DNA of 32,000 bases from the NCBI RefSeq assembly GCF_000223395.1, contig NC_015931.1:1470001-1502000 (forward strand), given 5' to 3'. A program made the translations under genes and the position numbers. Source of the DNA: Pyrolobus fumarii 1A. Its GTDB lineage: Archaea > Thermoproteota > Thermoprotei_A > Sulfolobales > Pyrodictiaceae. Below the pieces are notes generated by a model, which saw only the letters and a list, made by a program, of their open reading frames with translations, was not told where the DNA came from and did not search any database. Shown here piece by piece: positions 25,781 through 32,000 of this stretch. Each line of letters starts with the position of its first letter. Position 1 is the first letter of the stretch.

Positions 25781-26419
25781 TCACAACTTAACCCAACTGA
25801 AGCCCAGGTAGGTCACGCTACCTGTCTTGACGTTCACAGCCGCTATTACAAAATGTTTTCTTACACTGTGGCTTAACCTGCCAGCTCTAACAATCTCTAG
25901 CGGGTCTATAGTATTGTGATACTCTACGACAGATACCAGGAAAGGTGCATGATCTATCCCAGGGCCGTGCACGTAAACAGCAAAGTCTGTGCCAAATTTC
26001 AAACCCGACCTAACAACATACCCAGCATCGCGCAGCTCGCTATACACTCTATAGAGGAGGTGGAAGCGCGGTACAAACCTGGCTGCGATGCTCTCGAGTT
26101 CATCCGGTGTTAAAACACGACCTTCACTATCCTCGACTACAAGCAAACCCCTCCTAACGAGGTACACAGCCTCTATCAGGTCAAGCTCAAGCGGGGAGTC
26201 GAATGACGGCCCTTTAGGTTTGGATATGCCTATGGGCTTGCCGTAGAAGCCCTCCGCGTACAAACTCCTAGCATCATCTAAATCGAATATCACGACACGC
26301 GAGCCTAGAAGGGTGCCTCGGTAAACTCTCTTCTGCGATCTGAGTAGCGTGTCCTCAATCACGTTTTCACACCCACATGACCACATAGAGTCCATGCTAT
26401 TCGCCCCGCGAACTGTCAC
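25781..26419 (-). CDS. endA: tRNA-splicing endonuclease, catalytic subunit
   Basis: 'GFYGKP', 'YRVYSELRDAGYVVRSGLKFGTDFAVYVHGPGIDHAPFLV' and 'HSVRKHFVIA' carry the Y/H/K catalytic blocks. Alternative ATG starts exist at codons 9 and 12. Confidence 0.85.
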   Translation of the reverse strand: MTVRGANSMDSMWSCGCENVIEDTLLRSQKRVYRGTLLGSRVVIFDLDDARSLYAEGFYGKPIGISKPKGPSFDSPLELDLIEAVYLVRRGLLVVEDSEGRVLTPDELESIAARFVPRFHLLYRVYSELRDAGYVVRSGLKFGTDFAVYVHGPGIDHAPFLVSVVEYHNTIDPLEIVRAGRLSHSVRKHFVIAAVNVKTGSVTYLGFSWVKL

Positions 26420-26519
26420 TCGGGAAGGTGTGTTCTTGATTGGCGGTCAATAAGCGCCTAGGGAATCAGCGTCAGGTAAAATAAGAAACGTTAGGAACCT
26501 AGAGCTTGTATGGCCCGTC

Positions 26520-27230
26520 TCACCTAGAGACCTTGTATAGCGCAAGGAATAGTATGTTCTCGGCTGCATCTTTGATAGTGTCAGCTGTATCCTCGATCAA
26601 GTCTATGATCTCGCGCATCAGCATTAGGGATAGGAGATCATCCTTTAGTTCGGTTATCACGTCTAGCTCTAGCTCGCGGTACTTCTGGTCTATCTCTTCC
26701 TCAATCGCCATAACCTTCTTTGCCTCGTCTACGCTTCTTCTCGGATTCTCCTGCAGCATGCGGATGGAGGAAAGGAGGGTACTATACTCGTTGAACACTA
26801 GCTGTGCCATGCTGCGTAGTTTATTAGCGAAAGAGTTGCTGAGTTTCACGCTCCTCTCACTCGCGACCACAGATAGACGATAAGCTATAGCGTCGCTATT
26901 CTGGGCTATCCTATCGAGCTGTAGTACAAGTTGGCGGTAGACGTCTCGAAGTGGAAGAGAGAAACCTAAGCGAGCAAGATAATCAACTATCCGATCCTTG
27001 ACCCTCTCAGCACCGTTTTTGAATCCACGGACCTTGACGGAACGCTGCCTTACAGCCTCAGCATTGTGCTCTATGAAGTCGTTAACAGCGTTCATAGCGT
27101 CGCGGATCGCGTCATTAACGTTGCGTGCGAGTGCGAGAAGCTGCTCTGAAAGGCTCATCTCGACAAGTGTAAACTCGGTCTCTTCTGTACTGCCCCAGTA
27201 CTCGGCCACCAGGGTTACCCCAGTCGCCAA
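26520..27230 (-). CDS. DUF47 / PhoU-like (Pit-accessory type) protein
   Basis: 'LPLRDVYRQLVLQLDRIAQNSD', 'IEEEIDQKYRELELDV' and 'REIIDLIEDTADTIKDAAENI' parallel the three conserved helices of DUF47 proteins. The start is TTG 27230 or ATG 27158. Confidence 0.7.
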   Translation of the reverse strand: MATGVTLVAEYWGSTEETEFTLVEMSLSEQLLALARNVNDAIRDAMNAVNDFIEHNAEAVRQRSVKVRGFKNGAERVKDRIVDYLARLGFSLPLRDVYRQLVLQLDRIAQNSDAIAYRLSVVASERSVKLSNSFANKLRSMAQLVFNEYSTLLSSIRMLQENPRRSVDEAKKVMAIEEEIDQKYRELELDVITELKDDLLSLMLMREIIDLIEDTADTIKDAAENILFLALYKVSR

Positions 27231-27244
27231 CCTTACGATGGGGC

Positions 27245-27254
27245 GTTTTAAACC
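27245..27254. promoter_or_regulatory. Palindromic TATA-like element GTTTTAAACC in the divergent DUF47 / radical-SAM intergenic region
   Basis: Read directly. A second TATA-like TAATATAG at about 27296-27303 lies about 45 nt upstream of GTG 27344. Confidence 0.25.
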
Positions 27255-27343
27255 ACTGTGTAGCGGCGTCCTTCAAGATGCGTAACACCGTTGTGTAATA
27301 TAGCCTCGTATTGTTGCATCTGTAAACTCGTGGGTACACGGTA

Positions 27344-28990
27344 GTGGCTAGGGTCATCGTCGTAGATGCGCTGGCACGGGAACATGGCAAACGAATGGTC
27401 ACCGTTGACGTGATAGGAGTGGGGCCCAGAGCAGTTGCCGGACTCATTGAGAAGCTAGGGGTGCGCGCCTCACTATACCCCCTTGAAGCTGTACTAGAAG
27501 AGCCGTCCATACTCGCGGAGTACGACGCTATGTTCGTCAGTGCCATGAGCAGCGATAAGCCTGCTGCCCAGAGGCTTGCCAAGCTCTGGAAACGTTTCTC
27601 CAACGGTCCCAGCGTCATAGGTGGTCCAGTTTCTATCGAGATAGGCGAGGCTCTAAGACTGGGCTATGACTACGCGGTTATAGGCGAAGCCGAAGTAGTT
27701 CTTCCAAACGCGTTAAAACCAATGTTAAAACGCGACAATGACGTGCTGCTTCATATAAAGGGTGTTGCTTTCACGAGAAAAGGTCGGATAGTCTTCACCG
27801 GCAAGCCGCCATACGCGTCACGAGAAACACTAAATTACATACACTACACGGATATACGCAACTATGACGCATACTGGGCGGCGAGAGTATACGTGGAAGT
27901 CGTGAGAGGGTGCAGCAATTGGCGCCGTCCAAGAGGTCGGCTTCCCGACGGGAGGGTGTGCATTCATTGCGAGATTTGTACTAGTGCTCCGCTTCGTGCA
28001 AGGATAAAGTGCCCCGTATCCATACAGCCGGGGTGTGGTTACTGTAGTGTCCCGGTATTATACGGACCAGCAAGAAGCCGCGAAGTTGACACCATAGTCG
28101 AGGAGGTAAAGAGACTCATCGACTTAGGCGTTACACGTGTAGTCTTAAGTGCACCAGACTTCCTGGACTATAAGAGGGACGTGCTGGTCGAGCCCGAGCC
28201 GTTAACAGACCCGTGCAATCCACCCGCCAACATAAACGCTATCCGTGAGCTTCTGGAAGCGTTGTTTGACAAAATCCCAGAATTCGCGATGCGCGAAGCA
28301 TACCTCATGATCGAGAACGTGAAGGCGTGTCTCGTTGACGAGCGTGTTGCAAAAGTATTAGGTGAGTATCTGCGTGGCACACCTGTACACATAGGCGTTG
28401 AGACCGGCAGTGACAACCACATGTGGATGCTTGGAAGGCCGATCACGACTACCGACGCTAAACGTGCTGTTAGCCTACTGCGCTCAGCAGGTCTCGAGCC
28501 ATACGTGTATTTCATATATGGCCTGCCATGGGAGAATAGTAAAGTAGTGCACGAGACGATTATGCTCATGGAGGAGTTATGGAAGCTAGGGGCTACCAAG
28601 GTAACGGCTTATAGGTTTAGGCCGCTCCCTGGGACAGCATTCCAGGATTACGAGCCACCCGTGCCGGGCTCCGAGAGCTACGCTATACTAGCAAAGGCGA
28701 GAGAGTTGAACCGTGCAGAGAAGGGGCGATGGCTCGGTCGTGTTGTGCGCGGAATCGTGGCTGGCTGGCATCCTGCAAAGAAAATGCTAGTGGTGTATCC
28801 TCTTCCACACGGCCCAGTCACGTTGGTAAGAGGCCCTAGGGGTCTGATAGGGTGGCTCGTCAAAGTGGAGATAACGGGTGTAATCAGTGACCGTATGCTG
28901 AAAGGCAGAATCGTCTCAAGGATAAGGAGAGTTGCTAGGCGTAGCGATGGGGGCTTAAGAGTGAGAAGCGGCGCATCCTTGTCTAGGTAA
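27344..28990 (+). CDS. Radical SAM protein with N-terminal B12-binding-like domain and C-terminal TRAM-like domain (methylthiotransferase-like architecture)
   Basis: The N-terminal Rossmann-like block is 'VIVVDAL...DAMFVSAMSS...VIGGP'. The radical-SAM core is 'VEVVRGC...GCGYCSV' and 'GVETGSDNHMWMLGRP'. The C-terminal 'GRVVRGIVAG...LVKVEITGVISDRMLKGRIV' looks like a TRAM beta-barrel. Confidence 0.8.
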   Translation: MARVIVVDALAREHGKRMVTVDVIGVGPRAVAGLIEKLGVRASLYPLEAVLEEPSILAEYDAMFVSAMSSDKPAAQRLAKLWKRFSNGPSVIGGPVSIEIGEALRLGYDYAVIGEAEVVLPNALKPMLKRDNDVLLHIKGVAFTRKGRIVFTGKPPYASRETLNYIHYTDIRNYDAYWAARVYVEVVRGCSNWRRPRGRLPDGRVCIHCEICTSAPLRARIKCPVSIQPGCGYCSVPVLYGPARSREVDTIVEEVKRLIDLGVTRVVLSAPDFLDYKRDVLVEPEPLTDPCNPPANINAIRELLEALFDKIPEFAMREAYLMIENVKACLVDERVAKVLGEYLRGTPVHIGVETGSDNHMWMLGRPITTTDAKRAVSLLRSAGLEPYVYFIYGLPWENSKVVHETIMLMEELWKLGATKVTAYRFRPLPGTAFQDYEPPVPGSESYAILAKARELNRAEKGRWLGRVVRGIVAGWHPAKKMLVVYPLPHGPVTLVRGPRGLIGWLVKVEITGVISDRMLKGRIVSRIRRVARRSDGGLRVRSGASLSR

Positions 28991-28999
28991 AGGAAGGGT

Positions 29000-31144
29000 A
29001 TGGTGCTCTTCGCGGCCGGCAATGTAGGAAAACTTAGTGACATACCCGGTGTCGGCCCCCGTATAGCTGAGAAGCTCGTAGAGTACTTCGGGGACGAAGA
29101 GGAGGCCCTTCAAGCCATACTATCATGTCGAATATCGCTAATCTCCGAGGCCATAGGGCGTGCTGCCGCAACGAGGCTCGTGCATGGCTTGTATCGTGCT
29201 CTGTTCGGTGCATGGCCTAGAGACGTAGCCGCGAACGATGATGCTTGGAAACTCTTCCAGGCAGCTAAGGGGGTTATACTCAAGAAGGTGTCAAGTCCTG
29301 CCGGACGCGATGTATTAGCGTGTTTCCTCCCAATGCCGTCCACGGGGGTCAAGGAGGCCAAACGACGATTAACCCTTGTCAAGTCGCTACAAGAGGCCAT
29401 ACGCGAGCTGCCTCGTGAAAGCATCGAGGCACTCAGGAGTGCCTTATCGAAGCTCGAGTGGCCCAAGCCGGTAAAAATTAGTCGCATAAAACGCACGTTG
29501 ATAATAATTGGTGACAACGTTGCATACGAGAAGGCGAAGAGAACACTCTCCAACCTCGTTGATATAGTATTGGTAAACGATGCTGATGAAGTTGATAGAG
29601 TGGCTGCTGAGCGCGGCGAAGCGCTCGTCTATGACCCGGATGGCGTGTATGCCGGTCCGTTACCACGCGTGCTAGAGCTAAGTGTTGCTGAAGTGGTGCC
29701 CGAGGCTATAGTCGAGTATTTCCGTGTAAACTGGCGTGTTATAGAAGCTGTTGTAGATGCTCTGGAGGCTTTGGGGAGATGGGCGCCAGATATCCTCAAG
29801 ATAGTTGGTCTAGACTTTGACCCGACAAGGGTACTGAATAGGCTCAGAGAGGCGCTCGTGTTTAAAGGCGGCGAGGTGGCGCCGGACATCGACCCTGAAT
29901 ACCAGAGGCTATACACTGCGCTTACGAACCTTGATAGAGTTGTTGATGAGATCGAGCTGTGGGTCAATAACGAGGTGCAGACGAGACTTGAGAAGCTGGA
30001 AGTGAGACTTAGCGCAGCGCAATTTCTTAGACTGTTTCGTGTACTACGTGAGGGTGGTGTCGAAGGTGTGGATCTTCCAGAGGAGATATACGAGGTGTTT
30101 GAGGAGGTTGCTGAGGAGGCAGAGAAGAGGGTAGTAGAGAAGCTGCATCTTACACCGGATGAAGCTGAGGCTATGAGGGGTCTAGTGCCTCGAACCCCGC
30201 TATTCCCTATCGAGCTGAACCGCGATAAGGTTGAGGAGCTTAGGAGAGTTCTTCGTGCAAAGTTATCTGTCAAACGTTTTGAAGTTATGCAGAAGCTTGC
30301 ATCTAAGCTAGTTGGTGTGAAAGCAAAGTTAGAGAGACTCGTTGATGCGTTGGCTCTTCTAGACGTGTTGTTGGCACAAGTAGAGCTTGTCGGGGATGGG
30401 GTTGCTGGTGTGCCTGAAGTCTCTAGCGAGTATCTGGGTGTTGGTTTTGTTGATGCGATTGAGGCTAGTCTGGTAGGAAAGCCCAACGTCCAGAGGATAA
30501 GTTATGTGGTTGGTTCGACTCCTTACAAGCCCGATGATACGAAGGGGGAGAGGGTTGTACTGCTAACAGGTGCTAATAGCGGCGGTAAGACGACACTACT
30601 AAAGACGATATGTGAGACGGCTCTCCTGGCGCAATCCGGTCTTGTGGTTTTAGCTCGGCAAGCGTGGATAGGGGCATTTGACTATGTGCATTTCTTCTCG
30701 AAGCCGAGCGGTATGGTTGACGCGGGCGCGTTAGAAGCCACACTACGCATCCTGGCTGCCATAGTCGCAGGTGGTAGCGGTAGAAGGCTTGTACTTGTAG
30801 ATGAGCTTGAGGCTGCTACGGAGGCGGGTGCAGCGGCAAGAATAATGAGTGTTGTCGTAGAGAAGCTCTGTAGCCGCGATAACATTGTAGCTGTTATAGT
30901 CACGCACATGGCTCGCGAGATACTGTCCAACGTGAAGAAGGTAGAGGGATGCATACGCGTTGATGGTATAGAGGCGCGCGGGCTAGACGAGAATTACAAC
31001 CTCATAGTTGATCGTAACCCGCGTTACTACTACCTCGCGAGAAGCACGCCAGAGCTTGTGGTTAGAAGGCTGCTCTACCGGGCTAAGGGAAGAGAAGAGC
31101 GAGAGTTCTACGAGACTCTTCTTAGGGTGCTCTCGGGGGCCTAG
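29000..31144 (+). CDS. MutS-family (MutS2/archaeal MutS-like) ABC ATPase with N-terminal helix-hairpin-helix; no mismatch-binding or Smr domain evident
   Basis: The HhH is 'LSDIPGVGPRIAEKLVEYFG'. A long helical middle region follows. The ATPase core is 'LLTGANSGGKTTLLKT' (Walker A), 'LVLVDELEAAT' (Walker B) and 'VTHM'. Confidence 0.75.
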   Translation: MVLFAAGNVGKLSDIPGVGPRIAEKLVEYFGDEEEALQAILSCRISLISEAIGRAAATRLVHGLYRALFGAWPRDVAANDDAWKLFQAAKGVILKKVSSPAGRDVLACFLPMPSTGVKEAKRRLTLVKSLQEAIRELPRESIEALRSALSKLEWPKPVKISRIKRTLIIIGDNVAYEKAKRTLSNLVDIVLVNDADEVDRVAAERGEALVYDPDGVYAGPLPRVLELSVAEVVPEAIVEYFRVNWRVIEAVVDALEALGRWAPDILKIVGLDFDPTRVLNRLREALVFKGGEVAPDIDPEYQRLYTALTNLDRVVDEIELWVNNEVQTRLEKLEVRLSAAQFLRLFRVLREGGVEGVDLPEEIYEVFEEVAEEAEKRVVEKLHLTPDEAEAMRGLVPRTPLFPIELNRDKVEELRRVLRAKLSVKRFEVMQKLASKLVGVKAKLERLVDALALLDVLLAQVELVGDGVAGVPEVSSEYLGVGFVDAIEASLVGKPNVQRISYVVGSTPYKPDDTKGERVVLLTGANSGGKTTLLKTICETALLAQSGLVVLARQAWIGAFDYVHFFSKPSGMVDAGALEATLRILAAIVAGGSGRRLVLVDELEAATEAGAAARIMSVVVEKLCSRDNIVAVIVTHMAREILSNVKKVEGCIRVDGIEARGLDENYNLIVDRNPRYYYLARSTPELVVRRLLYRAKGREEREFYETLLRVLSGA

Positions 31145-31965
31145 AGCCACTCTATGGTATACAGTATTTCTTCTGCTATCCTATCGGCGAGCTTTACGTC
31201 AATCCTGCCGAGCGTCACGTGTACCAGTTTATGTGCAAACTCGTCACGGGCTATGCCAATAAGGCCCTTCATCACAACCGGCTCTATGGAACGTGCTGGG
31301 AGCCACAACAGAGTATCGAGCCTAACTGGCGGTATCATAGCATCTTGTGACACGCGCCTCCATGCTTGCTCTGCGACATCCCTAAGCCTCGTATAGATAA
31401 CGTCGGGGTGCATTGGTATGATGCCGGAGGTAGCGGTCAGCACAGCGAACCTTCGGTCAAGCGGCACTGGTATAGCATCGAGCCTCGTAACCTCGCGGTC
31501 TAGCGCGCGGAACGCGTAGTACGCCATTTTAGCTGCAAAAGCGCTAGTCTTCTGGTAGCGATTTCTACCGAGACTCTTTACAAGCCTCTTATAGAGTAGC
31601 TCGAGGTCCGTGAATACCCTTGGATCCTCTATTAGCTCCGAGATTAGGTCATACACCTTTCTAAGTCTGCTCGCCTTCTGCTCGTATACAGGCACGCGCA
31701 CTTCCCTCATGAACTCCAGGACGCCCTTGATGACCTCGTCTGCAGTAGTGGGCGTGGGTCTCGTGCTCCAGAATCTACCATACATCGTCCAATACTCTTC
31801 CCCGTGCATATTCAGCCTATAACTTACAACCGCGTTAGCGACAACTATTGCTACGACTGCCTCTCCGTGCCTCCCTGCAATAGTCACTACAGCTTGGAAC
31901 TGGGGGTCGTTAGCCTCAGCGGCATCCAGAGCCTCGCTACTGACCTTGCGTAGTACGCTAGCCAC
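31141..31965 (-). CDS. N-glycosylase/DNA lyase, archaeal GO-glycosylase (AGOG) family
   Basis: 'DPQFQAVVTIAGRHGEA...VVSYRLNMHGEEYW', 'IPVPLDRRFAVLTATSGII' and 'IPPVRLDTLLWLPARS' closely parallel Pyrobaculum AGOG blocks as I recall them. Confidence 0.8.
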   Translation of the reverse strand: MASVLRKVSSEALDAAEANDPQFQAVVTIAGRHGEAVVAIVVANAVVSYRLNMHGEEYWTMYGRFWSTRPTPTTADEVIKGVLEFMREVRVPVYEQKASRLRKVYDLISELIEDPRVFTDLELLYKRLVKSLGRNRYQKTSAFAAKMAYYAFRALDREVTRLDAIPVPLDRRFAVLTATSGIIPMHPDVIYTRLRDVAEQAWRRVSQDAMIPPVRLDTLLWLPARSIEPVVMKGLIGIARDEFAHKLVHVTLGRIDVKLADRIAEEILYTIEWL

Positions 31966-32000
31966 CCTAGCTATGCGGCTCGCGTTAACGTGTTTGGACA

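Noticed and set aside
27115-27618. 167-aa minus-strand ORF bridging the DUF47 / radical-SAM spacer.
   Set aside because: It overlaps the motif-bearing 5' ends of both divergent genes and the TATA-like elements between them. Its composition is Ser/Thr/Ala-rich shadow-frame type.
29629-30486. 285-aa minus-strand ORF inside the MutS-like gene.
   Set aside because: Its composition is low-complexity Ser/Thr/Ala/Arg-rich, which is typical of the antisense frame of a Glu/Leu/Val-rich gene. The plus-strand frame carries the recognisable motifs.
1-32000. Searched by eye for CRISPR-like spaced direct repeats, rRNA/tRNA genes, transposases or integrases, and terminal inverted repeats.
   Set aside because: No regularly spaced repeats are visible. 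No GC-rich cloverleaf candidates turn up in any spacer over 70 nt. No ORF has DDE, tyrosine-recombinase or serine-recombinase motifs. A computational repeat or tRNA scan would be needed to be definitive.

Overview
This is a gene-dense window with about 36 protein-coding genes and little intergenic space. It looks like core chromosome of a hyperthermophilic crenarchaeon, possibly Desulfurococcales or Pyrodictiaceae-like, though that placement is inference only. Marker genes are archaeal: ribosomal protein eS26, KEOPS Pcc1, class I HMG-CoA reductase, archaeal phosphopantothenate synthetase, GTP cyclohydrolase III, deoxyhypusine synthase, tRNA-splicing endonuclease, an aKMT-like lysine methyltransferase, AGOG 8-oxoG glycosylase and tungsten-type aldehyde:ferredoxin oxidoreductase. 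Many ORFs begin with GTG or TTG, and TATA-like boxes sit about 25-45 nt upstream of several starts. All functional calls rest on motifs I recognise by eye and from memory; no searches were run. I found no rRNA, tRNA, CRISPR array, transposase or integrase. Most of the window is ordinary housekeeping. The leads worth following are listed here. (1) A tightly coupled pair at 27344-31144: a radical-SAM enzyme (B12-like domain plus TRAM, with a 7-Cys insertion splitting its cluster motif) followed by an HhH-MutS-family ATPase whose stop overlaps that of AGOG. (2) A 434-aa unknown protein with a PD...ExK nuclease-like motif, chained by overlaps to ubiE/ubiX-like genes. (3) An AT-richer island at 13868-15345 holding a winged-helix gene, a 78-nt GC-rich compound hairpin and a 49-codon ORF with a well-placed TATA box. 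(4) An inverted repeat that puts the same octapeptide SLLEAAEG into two convergent, overlapping genes. (5) An 8-Cys small protein. (6) Recurrent convergent genes with overlapping stop codons.
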